Assembly: GCF_042660085.1 (NCBI RefSeq)
Contig: NZ_JBHSTI010000008.1
Location: 1 to 32,000, forward strand
Direction: 5' to 3'
Length of the DNA: 32,000 nt
Source: Longivirga aurantiaca
Lineage (GTDB): Bacteria; Actinomycetota; Actinomycetes; S36-B12; CAIYMF01
In this document: piece by piece, positions 15,212-23,986 of the stretch
How positions within the stretch are numbered: the first letter of the stretch is position 1
Layout of the letters: each line of letters starts with the position of its first letter
Notes under the pieces: model-generated
Database searches by the model: none
Told to the model about the DNA's origin: nothing
The model's input: only the letters and a program-made list of their open reading frames with translations
Program-made: the position numbers and the translations under genes

Positions 15212-16411
15212 ATGTCGCAGGCGCAGCCGGTGTCGGGACGCAGCGTGAAGCACCGGCTGCGCGCGTGGTTCGGTGCCGGACCGCGACGTCACGGCGAGCC
15301 GCTCCCGCTCCGTTCGGTCAGCTATCTCGAGCTGTTCTACGACCTCGTCTTCGTCGTGCTGATCGGCCAGGCCGCGCACACGCTGGCCGCCCACCCCGGG
15401 TGGCGCGGGACGGCGGAGTTCGTCGCGGTCTTCGGCCTGGTCTGGATCGCGTGGATCAACGGCACGCTCTACCACGAGCTGCACGGCCGCGACGACGGCC
15501 GCAGCCGCTTCTACGTCTTCGCGCAGATGGGCGTGCTCGCCGTGCTCGCCGTCTTCACCGGGTACGCCGGCACCGCGGACGGCACGGCGTTCGCGCTCAC
15601 CTACTCGGTGCTCCTGCTGCTGCTGTTCTGGCAGTGGTACGAGGTGCGGCGCCACGACCTGCCGCAGGACAAGCAGGCGTCGACGCCGTACCTCATCGGC
15701 CTCACGGTGACGATCGCCGCGATGCTGGCGTCGGCGTGGCTGGCCGACGGCCCGCGCGTCGCGGTGTGGATCGGCATCAGCTGCGGCTGGGTCGTGCTCG
15801 GCCTCACGGGATTCCTCGGGCGCTCGCGACCGCTGACGTTCTTCCAGCCGACCGAGTCGCTCGTGGAGCGCATGGCGCTGTTCGTGATCATCGTGCTCGG
15901 CGAGACCGTCGTCGGTGTCGTCAACGGCATCAACGAGACCGAGCGCGACGCGCTCACGATCACGACCGGAGTGCTCGGCCTGGTGATCGGGTTCGGCATC
16001 TTCTGGAACTACTTCGACGTCGTCGGCGTGCGCGAGCCGCGCGGCGACCGCCGTTCGCTCGCGGCCTGGTTCTTCGGGCACCTGCCGCTCACCGGCGCCG
16101 TGGCCGCCGCCGGTGCCGCGATGGTGGGCCCGCTCGTCCATGCGCACGAGGCGCGGACGCCTGCGGCCGTGGCGTGGACCCTGACCGGGGCGGTGGCGAT
16201 CATCCTGATGCTGATCGCGCTCGAGTCCGCGGCGGTCGAGCAGCACGACGCGATCGACACGCGGACTCGCACCTCCGTGTACGCCGTAGGAGCGGGCCTG
16301 GTGCTGCTGCTCGGCGCGGTGGCGCCGGCGCCCTGGCTGCTCGCGCTCCTGGTGGTCGGGGTGCTGAGCCTGACGTGGCTCAGCTCGTTCGCGCCGCCCG
16401 AGCGCGACTGA
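15212..16411 (+). CDS. LtrA (low temperature requirement A) family membrane protein
   Basis: ATG at 15212 lies 5 nt after AGGAGG. It has the signature YLELFYDLVFVV followed by about 10 hydrophobic segments. Confidence 0.8.
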   Translation: MSQAQPVSGRSVKHRLRAWFGAGPRRHGEPLPLRSVSYLELFYDLVFVVLIGQAAHTLAAHPGWRGTAEFVAVFGLVWIAWINGTLYHELHGRDDGRSRFYVFAQMGVLAVLAVFTGYAGTADGTAFALTYSVLLLLLFWQWYEVRRHDLPQDKQASTPYLIGLTVTIAAMLASAWLADGPRVAVWIGISCGWVVLGLTGFLGRSRPLTFFQPTESLVERMALFVIIVLGETVVGVVNGINETERDALTITTGVLGLVIGFGIFWNYFDVVGVREPRGDRRSLAAWFFGHLPLTGAVAAAGAAMVGPLVHAHEARTPAAVAWTLTGAVAIILMLIALESAAVEQHDAIDTRTRTSVYAVGAGLVLLLGAVAPAPWLLALLVVGVLSLTWLSSFAPPERD

Positions 16412-16437
16412 TCAGGATCCGCGCCGGGCACCGACCG

Positions 16438-16656
16438 TCAGGTGCCGGAGCCCCGGCCTACGAACGTGCCCGCCGCCGGCGGCACGACCTCCGCGTCGCG
16501 CAGCACGCTCTCAGGCACCCAGCGGTAGAAGCCCTCGCGGGTCGACGGGTGGGTGAAGCCCACGAGCCCGTGCCAGCCGTCGTCCTCGAGACGGGTGGCC
16601 ATGAGCGTCGCGGGCAGCCACCGTCCCTCGTGGCACACCTCGACCGGTCGCAGCAT
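16438..16656 (-). CDS. Small hypothetical protein (72 aa)
   Basis: ATG at 16656 is preceded by GGCAGGAGGA. Translation is MLRPVEVCHEGRWLPATLMATRLEDDGWHGLVGFTHPSTREGFYRWVPESVLRDAEVV.... The longer upstream extension in the ORF track is R/P-rich and looks non-coding. Confidence 0.45.
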   Translation of the reverse strand: MLRPVEVCHEGRWLPATLMATRLEDDGWHGLVGFTHPSTREGFYRWVPESVLRDAEVVPPAAGTFVGRGSGT

Positions 16657-16757
16657 GAGTCCACCGTCCTCCTGCCGAGCAGGTATGACCAGCCGGGTAC
16701 GCCCGAGCACGGCGAACGGGGTCGCCGCGGCGCGCCCGGGATCGCTACCGTGCCCGG

Positions 16758-17102
16758 ATGCGCATCCTTGGGCTCTGCTTCGCCGGAACTGCCACCGACA
16801 GCCGCGACGCCATGCGGGGGTTCCTGCAGGAGGTCCTGGGCCTGTCGACCATCGACGTCCCCGGTATCGAGGCCGACTGGTTCGAGCTGCCTGACGGCAC
16901 GGCGTTCGCCGTCGCGTCGCCCGGCGGCATGGGCGAGACGGGCAGGTCGATCGGGTTCCTGGTCGAGGACCTCGACTCCGCGCTCGCCGAGCTGCGCGCG
17001 CAGGGGGTCGAGACGGACGCGGTCTCGGAGAACGCCGTCTCGCGCTACGCCCACTTCGTGGCGCCCGACGGCCGTCTCTACGAGCTCGTCGATCGGCGCT
17101 GA
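16758..17102 (+). CDS. VOC (glyoxalase/bleomycin-resistance/dioxygenase) family protein
   Basis: 114 aa with a typical single VOC module pattern (MRILGL...FAV...IGFLVEDLD.ALAELRAQGVE...HF.APDG.LYELV). Confidence 0.7.
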   Translation: MRILGLCFAGTATDSRDAMRGFLQEVLGLSTIDVPGIEADWFELPDGTAFAVASPGGMGETGRSIGFLVEDLDSALAELRAQGVETDAVSENAVSRYAHFVAPDGRLYELVDRR

Positions 17103-17121
17103 CCCGCAACGACGACGCCGA

Positions 17122-17157
17122 AGGCCCCCGACCGCTTCCCGGTGCGGTCAGGGGCCT
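17122..17157. terminator. Hairpin between convergent genes
   Basis: AGGCCCCCGACCGC ttcccggt GCGGTCAGGGGCCT, a 14-bp stem with one mismatch, between the stops at 17102(+) and 17174(-). Confidence 0.6.
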
Positions 17158-17173
17158 CCGTGCGTCCCGGCTG

Positions 17174-18067
17174 TCAGAGCAGCACGGGGATCTTCTGCTC
17201 GGCGCGGTCGTGAGCGCGGCGGAACACCACTGTGACGAGCGACGCCGTGATGACCACGAACAGCGAGTAGAGCGCGGGGATGAGGTCGGCAGCGGCCTTG
17301 GTCTCGCCGCTGAAGGACAGCGCGATGACGGCCACGGCGAGCGGCCCGTTGACGATGCCGATCTCGAGCGCGAACGTGCGGCGGTCCGGGAGGCTGGCGC
17401 CCCACAGCTTCGCCCAGAGGTAGGCCACCGCCATGCCCAGCACCGGCAGGAGGATCGATGCGGCGAAGATGCCGGGCCGCTCCTGGAACGTCTGGACCAG
17501 CAGGTCCCAGTTGCGCGGCACCCACGTGACCATGAGCAGCAGGATCACCAGGATGCCGAAGACCGAGCCGAGCAGCTCGACCGCTCCACCGACGTTCGCA
17601 CTGCGCCGCCGCAGCCAGATGCCGGCGAAGATCGGCAGGATCAGCAGCGCCAGGCTCACCATGATGTTGGCGTAGGGCACCTCGACGTCGGCGGCGACGA
17701 CCCCGCCGTAGAGCCCGATGAGCAGTGGCGAGATCACGATGGCCGCCATGGTCGTGAGCATCGTGACGATGACCGACAGCGAGAGGTTCGCCTTCGAGAA
17801 GTACGTGAACAGGTTCGACGTCGTGCCGCCCGGCATGCAGCCGAGGATGACGAGGCCGATGGCCACGGTCGGCGGGATGTCGAAGACCTGCACGAGACTG
17901 AAGGCGATCAGCGGCATGAACGTGAACTGGCCGATCACGGCGAGCACGAGCCACTTCGGCCGCTTGAGCTCGCGGCGCACGTCGCGCGGCGTCATCGCCG
18001 CGCCCATGCCGAGCATCATGCAGGCGACGAGGAGTGTGAGCAGCAGCTGCTCGAACGCCCCGATCAT
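17174..18067 (-). CDS. Bile acid:sodium symporter (BASS/SBF) family transporter
   Basis: 297 aa and polytopic, with an SBF-like core GLVILGCMPGGTTSNLFTYFSKANLSLSV. Its ATG overlaps the stop of the upstream CoA ligase (ATGA). Confidence 0.85.
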   Translation of the reverse strand: MIGAFEQLLLTLLVACMMLGMGAAMTPRDVRRELKRPKWLVLAVIGQFTFMPLIAFSLVQVFDIPPTVAIGLVILGCMPGGTTSNLFTYFSKANLSLSVIVTMLTTMAAIVISPLLIGLYGGVVAADVEVPYANIMVSLALLILPIFAGIWLRRRSANVGGAVELLGSVFGILVILLLMVTWVPRNWDLLVQTFQERPGIFAASILLPVLGMAVAYLWAKLWGASLPDRRTFALEIGIVNGPLAVAVIALSFSGETKAAADLIPALYSLFVVITASLVTVVFRRAHDRAEQKIPVLL

Positions 18068-19821
18068 CGGGCGGTCCTCGCGGCCGCGAGCATCGGTTCG
18101 GGGGTCGCATCGGCGAACTGCGTCCGCACGTCCTTGCGCAGGATCTTGCCGATGGGCGACGTGGGCAGGCTGTCGGCGAACACGAACTCGGTCGGCACCT
18201 TGTAGCCCGTGATCAGCGTCGCGGCGTGGGCGCGGAGCTCGTCGGCCGTGACCGCAGGATCGCGTCGTACGACGACCGCGCGCACGCGCTCGCCGCGCTC
18301 GCCGGCCTCCACACCCACCACCGCGACGTGCTCGACCCCGGCGTGCGAGGCGAGTGCGTCCTCGACCTCGTTCGGGAAGACGTTGAACCCGCTGACGATG
18401 ATGACGTCCTTGCTGCGGTCGACGATGCGCACGAAGCCGTCGTCGTCCATCACGCCGATGTCGCCGGTGCGCAACCAGCCGTCCGAGAGCACCAGCTCGG
18501 TCTCCTCCGGCCGCCTCCAGTAGCCGGCCATGATCTGCGGCCCGCGCGCCCAGAGCTCGCCCGGCTCACCGAGCGCGGCGGGTGCGCCGTCGTCGCGGGT
18601 GGGCCGCACGACCGTGCTCGGCAGCGGCACACCGACCGTGCCCGGCCGCGCCCCGCCGTCCAGCGGGTTGAACGTGAGGCCGGGGGACGACTCGGTGAGG
18701 CCGTAGCCCTCCACCACCGGCGAGCCGGTGACCTCCTGCCAGCGCTGCGCCGTGGCGGAGTGCAGCGCCATGCCGCCGGAGATGCTGGCGCACAGAGCGG
18801 GGGGCGGGTTGTCGAGGAACCACTCCTCGTTCGTGAGCCCGTGGAAGAGCGTGTTGACGCCGGTGACCCAGGTGATCGGGTAGTTCTCGAACGCGCGCTT
18901 GAGGTTCGACAGCGGGCGCGGGTTGGGGATGAGGATGTTGTGCGCGCCGCGCAGGTGGAAGCCCAGCAGGTTCACCGTGAAGGCGAAGACGTGGTAGCAG
19001 GGGAGAGCGGTGAGCACAGTCTCGCGGCCGGCCACGATCTCCTCGCCGGCGAAGCCGAGCATCTGGTGGCCGTTGGCCATGAGGTTGCCGTGGGTGAGCA
19101 TGGCGCCCTTGCTCACGCCCGTGGTGCCGCCCGTGTACTGCAGGCAGGCGAGCGAGCCGGGGTTGAGCTCGCGGCGGTAGGCCGCCGCGTCGGCGCCGGT
19201 GGCGGCGCCCAGCGAGAGCGCCGAGGGCAGCCGCGTGTGGGCGAACCGCACCGGCGGCAGCGTGCGGTTCCAGACCTTCTGGACCGTGCGGATGATGCCG
19301 TGCACGTAGCCGGGGAAGAAGTCGCTGACGGCCGTGAGCACGACCGGCGTGCCGGCGAGGTCGGGGACGACCTCCGCGAGCGTGGCGGCCATGACGTCGG
19401 CGCCGACCACGAGCGACACGTCGGCGTCGAGCAGCTGCCGGCGCAGCTCGGCACCGGTGTAGAGCGGGTTCGTGTTGACGACGACGCAGCCGGCCTTGAG
19501 CGTGCCGAAGGCCACGACCGGGTAGGCGAGGCAGTTCGGCAGCTGCACGGCCACGCGGTCGCCCTGCTGCAGACCGACGACCTCGCGCAGGTAGAGCGCG
19601 AACTGGTCGGAGAGGCGGTCGACGTCGGCGAACGTGAGGTGCCCGTTCATGCCGTTGGGCATCACCATCGTGAACGCGCGGGCGTCGCCGTACTCAGCGG
19701 CGGCCGCGGCGAGCTCGTCGCCCAGCGACCCGGAGGCCACGGTCTCGATGTCGGCCGGCACGCCGGCGGGGTAGTGGTGAAGCCACGGACGTGCCGCGGC
19801 CTCCTCGGCGAACGGCGTCAT
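18064..19821 (-). CDS. Long-chain-fatty-acid--CoA ligase (FadD-type, ANL superfamily)
   Basis: ATG at 19821 lies 6 nt after GGAGGGG. 585 aa with LQYTGGTTGVSKGAMLTHGN, EGYGLTESSP, WLRTGDIGVMDDDGFVRIVDRSKD and PTSPIGKILRKD. Confidence 0.92.
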   Translation of the reverse strand: MTPFAEEAAARPWLHHYPAGVPADIETVASGSLGDELAAAAAEYGDARAFTMVMPNGMNGHLTFADVDRLSDQFALYLREVVGLQQGDRVAVQLPNCLAYPVVAFGTLKAGCVVVNTNPLYTGAELRRQLLDADVSLVVGADVMAATLAEVVPDLAGTPVVLTAVSDFFPGYVHGIIRTVQKVWNRTLPPVRFAHTRLPSALSLGAATGADAAAYRRELNPGSLACLQYTGGTTGVSKGAMLTHGNLMANGHQMLGFAGEEIVAGRETVLTALPCYHVFAFTVNLLGFHLRGAHNILIPNPRPLSNLKRAFENYPITWVTGVNTLFHGLTNEEWFLDNPPPALCASISGGMALHSATAQRWQEVTGSPVVEGYGLTESSPGLTFNPLDGGARPGTVGVPLPSTVVRPTRDDGAPAALGEPGELWARGPQIMAGYWRRPEETELVLSDGWLRTGDIGVMDDDGFVRIVDRSKDVIIVSGFNVFPNEVEDALASHAGVEHVAVVGVEAGERGERVRAVVVRRDPAVTADELRAHAATLITGYKVPTEFVFADSLPTSPIGKILRKDVRTQFADATPEPMLAAARTAR

Positions 19822-20069
19822 CGGCGTCCCCTCCGGCTCGTCGGCGCCGAGGCGCCAGGTGCGAGGCAAAATTCACGAATAGATGTACGGTAATCCACAT
19901 CACAGTGAACGGCAAACGGACGGCTCGGGTCGACCGGTCGTGGACGCCGGCGCGTCGGCCTCCTCCGCGGGGCTCGCCGACGAGGGCGGCCCGGCGCCCG
20001 TGGAGCGTCTCGGTGCTGGTGCGCGGTCTCCCGGACCTGCCGTCCTGGCGCGTCGGTCGAGATGACTGC

Positions 20070-20687
20070 TCAGCGGCCCAGCGACTCGCGGTCAGCATCG
20101 CGCGCGGGATCCGCGGCCGGCAGGGCGTCGTACGCCCAGTCCGAGCGCTTCCAGTCCGGCACGGGGGTCGGACAGTCGTTGCGCGGCACGAACGACGACC
20201 TGCGCACGAGCTGGTACCGGTGGATGTAGCGCGGGCAGTTGGGGTAGACGGCCCGTGCTCGGACGCGCACCACGAACTGGGCCTCGTGGTACGCGCCGAT
20301 CAGCGGGTCGTCGAGGTCGATCGACGCCTCGCCCTCCAACCGCATCCTGCTCCCGCGCTCGAGGTCGAGGAAGAGCAGGCCGACGTGCGGATTCACGAGC
20401 ACATTGCCCGTCGACAGGTACATGCCGTTGCCGTCGTAGCTCGGGAAGGCGACGGTGCGCTCGTCGACCACCCGCACGAAACCGGGCTCCCCGCCCTTGT
20501 AGGAGCAGGTGGGCCGGCCCTCGGCATCCGCGGACGCGAGGAAGAACATGTCGCGGGTCTCGATGAAGGCGCGGTGTCCGTCGTCGATCGTGTCGGTGAC
20601 GAGCAGGCTGTCGATCCGGTCGGCGAGGGCGCGCGTGTCGAATCGGTCCTGCAGCGACCTGCTGCCGGCGTGGAATCCCGCGGCCAC
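20070..20687 (-). CDS. Pyridoxamine 5'-phosphate oxidase-like (FMN/F420-binding split-barrel) family protein
   Basis: PNPOx-like pattern: FHAGSRSLQDR..., MFFLASADAEGRPTCSYKGG, VAFPSYDGNGMYLSTGN. I prefer the GTG start at 20687, directly after GGAGGGAGGGAG. The ATG at 20783 adds an R-rich, unlikely N-terminus. Confidence 0.7.
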   Translation of the reverse strand: MAAGFHAGSRSLQDRFDTRALADRIDSLLVTDTIDDGHRAFIETRDMFFLASADAEGRPTCSYKGGEPGFVRVVDERTVAFPSYDGNGMYLSTGNVLVNPHVGLLFLDLERGSRMRLEGEASIDLDDPLIGAYHEAQFVVRVRARAVYPNCPRYIHRYQLVRRSSFVPRNDCPTPVPDWKRSDWAYDALPAADPARDADRESLGR

Positions 20688-20968
20688 GGCTCCCTCCCTC
20701 CGACGCCGGTCGAGACGCCGCCCGTCGGGACGAACGCGCCGACGGTGGTGGCGCCAGCATGCACCTGAACCCCGCGTTTGCACAGGGTCGAGGTGGTGGA
20801 CCGCCGCCGTATCGGCTGGCGCGCAGCGGCATCCGGACGAGTGATCACGATCGGGTCAGACGGGTGACCACGTCGGGTGGTAGACACCCCGCACGGGCGC
20901 GCGGACACTGAGGCCACCGCCGGGTGGTCCTCGCCCGAGAGGGGCGTCGCTCGGCGCGGGAGGTGCAC

Positions 20969-21343
20969 ATGGCCGGAATCGCCAGGGCACGATTCGAGAA
21001 CGCCACCGACGTCCGCCCGTTCGGCGGCGGCACGGGGCAGATGAGCATGCTGGACATCGACGGCAGAGCGGTCGGCCGCGCGGTCTTCGAGCCAGGCTGG
21101 CAGTGGTCCAAGCACGTGCAGCCGATCGCCGGCACGACGAGCTGCCAGGCCGACCACGCCGGCTACATCCTGTCCGGCCGGCTCGCCGTCCGGATGGACG
21201 ACGGCACCGAGGAGACGTTCGAGCCCGGCGACGTCATGATCTGCCCGCCCGGGCACGACGCCTGGACCGTAGGCCAGGAGGCGTGCGTCGTCCTGGACTG
21301 GGCCGGGTATGCCGACTACGCCAAGCCGGTCGTCAGCGCCTGA
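20969..21343 (+). CDS. Cupin domain protein
   Basis: ATG at 20969 follows GGGAGGTG. 124 aa with a beta-rich cupin-like pattern (HAGYILSGRLAVRMDDGTEETFEPGDVMICPPGHDAW). Confidence 0.65.
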   Translation: MAGIARARFENATDVRPFGGGTGQMSMLDIDGRAVGRAVFEPGWQWSKHVQPIAGTTSCQADHAGYILSGRLAVRMDDGTEETFEPGDVMICPPGHDAWTVGQEACVVLDWAGYADYAKPVVSA

Positions 21344-21378
21344 CCGCGTACCGCCCCCGGCGTCCCTGACCCGACCAC

Positions 21379-21433
21379 GTCACTGCCGTGTGGCCCCTTC
21401 CCGACGGTCGGAAGGGGCCACACGGGCAGTGAC
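21379..21433. terminator. Long hairpin between convergent genes
   Basis: gtcactgccgtgtggccccttc c-gacggtc ggaaggggccacacgggcagtgac, a 23-bp stem with one bulged G and an 8-nt loop. Confidence 0.65.
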
Positions 21434-21438
21434 ATCGG

Positions 21439-22866
21439 TCAGGCGCGGAGTGCGGCGGCGAGCTCGCGGAACTCCTCGACCAGGATGCCCATGTCGTCGG
21501 CGGTGTGCGCCAGCGAGACGAGCCACTGCTCGTCGAGCCCGGGCGGGGTGAGCACACCGCGGTTGACGCCCCACAGCCACGAGAGCTCGGCGACGCCGAA
21601 GTCGGTGCGCTTGTAGTCGCGGTAGTTGCGGACGGGCGTCGGCGCCCAGGTGACCGCGCCCTTCACGCCGAAGCCGACGGTGTGAGCGGGCAGCTGGTTC
21701 GCGGCGATGATCGCGTTCATCTGCTCGAGCGCGCCGACGTTCAGCGTCTCGGCCGCCGCCAGTGCCTCGTCCGTGGCGATCTCGTCGACGGCCACTGCGG
21801 CGGCCATCACGAGCGGGTTGCCGTTGTAGGTGCCGAAGTGCGGCATGCGCTGGTCGGTGATGCAGGCCATGACCTCGGCCGTGCCGCCGAACGCAGCGAG
21901 CGGCAGGCCGCCGCCGATGCTCTTGGCCAGCGCGACGAGGTCGGGCTTGACGCCGAGGCGCTGCGACGCGCCCTGCGGGCCGGCGGTGAGGCCGGTCTTC
22001 ACCTCGTCGAACACCAGCAGCGCGCCGTTCGCGTCGCACATCGCGCGGACGGCAGCGAGGTAGCCGGCGTCGGGGACGACGATGCCGATGTTCTCGAGCA
22101 CCGGCTCCATGAAGACGCACGCCACCTCGGAGCCGTGCTCGGCGAAGAGCTGCCCGAGGCGGTCGAGGTCGTTGTACGGGACGACGTGGACGGTGCCGGC
22201 CTCGACCTCGAACGGCGTGACGGGGGTCGGCGCCTCCTCCGGTCCGGCCTCGGCGACCGACGGCTTCACCGACACCTGCAGGGCGTCGTAGCCGCCGTGG
22301 TAGCCGCCCTCGATCTTGATGATCGCCTTGCGGTTGGTGAAGGCGCGCGCCGTGCGCAGCGCGTACATCGTGGCCTCGGTGCCGGAGTTGGCGAAGCGCA
22401 GCTGGTCGAGGCCGAAGCGGCGCTGGAAGCGCTCGGCGGCGTCGGTGGCGGACGGCGACGGCGTCACGAACAGCGTGCCGGTCTCGAGCGCCTTGCTCAC
22501 CGCGGCGATGACGGTGGGGTTGAGGTGGCCGGCGAGCATGGCGCCGAAGCCCATCGAGAGGTCGAGCACGCGTCGGCCGTCGACGTCGGTGAGCCACGCG
22601 CCCTGGGCGCTCGTGATCGCGACGGGGTACGGGTCCCAGTGCTGGAACGACGACGGCACGCCGAGCGGCAGCGAGCCGAGCGCGCGGCTGTGGTGGGCGC
22701 CGGACTCCGGGGTCTGCTTCTCGAACCGCTCCCACTCGGCGGCGAGCAGCGACGCCACACGGGCCTCGTCGAGGGGGGCCGACGACTCGGGCACGACGCG
22801 GTAGGTCGCGGGGTCGTGGGCGGGCCAGGTCACCGGCGTCGGGACGGCCGTGGTCGCGTCAGTCAT
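21439..22866 (-). CDS. Class-III (omega/GSA-type) pyridoxal-phosphate aminotransferase family protein
   Basis: 475 aa with NSGTEATMYALRTARAFT, IKIEGGYHG, LLVFDEVKTG and the Lys region LAKSIGGGLPLAAFGG. GGAGGA lies 7 nt upstream of the ATG. Confidence 0.88.
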   Translation of the reverse strand: MTDATTAVPTPVTWPAHDPATYRVVPESSAPLDEARVASLLAAEWERFEKQTPESGAHHSRALGSLPLGVPSSFQHWDPYPVAITSAQGAWLTDVDGRRVLDLSMGFGAMLAGHLNPTVIAAVSKALETGTLFVTPSPSATDAAERFQRRFGLDQLRFANSGTEATMYALRTARAFTNRKAIIKIEGGYHGGYDALQVSVKPSVAEAGPEEAPTPVTPFEVEAGTVHVVPYNDLDRLGQLFAEHGSEVACVFMEPVLENIGIVVPDAGYLAAVRAMCDANGALLVFDEVKTGLTAGPQGASQRLGVKPDLVALAKSIGGGLPLAAFGGTAEVMACITDQRMPHFGTYNGNPLVMAAAVAVDEIATDEALAAAETLNVGALEQMNAIIAANQLPAHTVGFGVKGAVTWAPTPVRNYRDYKRTDFGVAELSWLWGVNRGVLTPPGLDEQWLVSLAHTADDMGILVEEFRELAAALRA

Positions 22867-23017
22867 TCGTAGTTCCTCCGAGTCACCGGTGCACGACGTT
22901 GTGCCGGGCCATCGTAGTGACAGATCCGTGCTCGGCGACGGCCGCTTCGGCGGGTGCGACTGCCACGATGCTCCGCTCGGTCCACCAGTCCCGGCCGTGG
23001 GCCCGTAAGGTGCGGCT

Positions 23018-23887
23018 GTGAGCGACTGCGCGCCGACGTACGCCGATCTGCGGTACGCCGATACCTCGCCCGTGCAGCTGCTCGACCTCTACCTGCCGCA
23101 TGACCAGACGGGTGCGCCGCTGCCCCTCGTCGTGGTGATCCATGGCGGCGCGTTCCTCATGGGCGACAAGCGGTCGGAGATCACGGCCATCCCGGCCCTG
23201 CTGGAGCGCGGCTACGCGATCGCCTCGATCGGCTACCGGCTCTCCGGTGAGGCGACGTTCCCCGCAGCAGTGCAGGACTGCAAGGCCGGCCTGCGCTGGC
23301 TGTCGACGAACGTGGAGACGTACGGCCTCGACCGGTCGCGGTTCGCGCTGTGGGGGGCTTCGGCCGGCGGTCATCTCGCCGCGATGCTCGGCGTCACGGG
23401 CGACCAGCCGACACCGTTCGACACGACGTCCGACCCTGCCGTGGACGCCTCGGTCGCGGCGGTCATCGACTGGTTCGGACCCACCCGCTTCGTCGCGATG
23501 GACGCGCAGGACCGGGAGCGCCCACCCACCGGCGAGCCCGATCTCCCGCCACCGTGGCCGCGAGAGCACGACGACCCGGTCTCGCCCGAGTCGCGCTACC
23601 TCGGTGCTCCCATCCAGACCGTGCCCGAGCTGGCCACGGCATCCGACCCGACGATGTACGTCCCGACGGCCGCAACGCTTCCGCCGTTCCTGATCGTCCA
23701 TGGCGACGGCGACCACCTCGTGCCGCACCTGCAGTCGGTGCTGCTCGCGGACGAGCTGCGCGCGCACGGCGGCAAGGTCGACCTGCGGATCCTGCCGGGC
23801 TTCGGCCACGGCGGACCGGGCTGGGTCGAGGAGGTCCTGCCGGCCTCGATCGACTGGCTCGACGCGACGCTCGGCCCGGGTGCGTGA
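23018..23887 (+). CDS. Alpha/beta hydrolase (esterase/lipase type)
   Basis: 289 aa with the oxyanion HGGAF motif, the nucleophile elbow GASAGGH, and late DGD / GHGG segments. GTG start. Confidence 0.82.
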   Translation: MSDCAPTYADLRYADTSPVQLLDLYLPHDQTGAPLPLVVVIHGGAFLMGDKRSEITAIPALLERGYAIASIGYRLSGEATFPAAVQDCKAGLRWLSTNVETYGLDRSRFALWGASAGGHLAAMLGVTGDQPTPFDTTSDPAVDASVAAVIDWFGPTRFVAMDAQDRERPPTGEPDLPPPWPREHDDPVSPESRYLGAPIQTVPELATASDPTMYVPTAATLPPFLIVHGDGDHLVPHLQSVLLADELRAHGGKVDLRILPGFGHGGPGWVEEVLPASIDWLDATLGPGA

Positions 23888-23936
23888 CGGGAGAGCGCTG
23901 GCCACCTCCCCCTCATCCGCTTCACGCCCCACGACG

Positions 23937-23974
23937 CGACGGAGCCCCGACCGTTCCCGGTCGGGGCTCCGTCG
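23937..23974. terminator. Perfect 17-bp hairpin between convergent genes
   Basis: cgacggagccccgaccg ttcc cggtcggggctccgtcg. Confidence 0.65.
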
Positions 23975-23986
23975 TTCGATCACGCC

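Noticed and set aside
11532-17235. Long overlapping ORFs 11532..12773 +, 11578..12555 -, 11684..12799 +, 12875..14530 +, 14068..15213 -, 14861..16246 - and 15265..17235 +
   Set aside because: Same high-GC shadow pattern (Arg/Pro/Gly-rich, low complexity). Each overlaps a frame with a recognisable protein (fgd, crotonase, LtrA, VOC) or with a more protein-like composition.
20688-20783. ATG at 20783 as the start of the PNPOx-like gene (ORF-track coordinates)
   Set aside because: The extra 32 residues are Arg-rich and atypical (MQTRGSGACWRHHRRRVRPDGRRLDRRRRE). The GTG at 20687 is directly preceded by GGAGGGAGGGAG. Similar reasoning moved the starts of 2474->2678, 15167->15212, 19869->19821 and 20924->20969.
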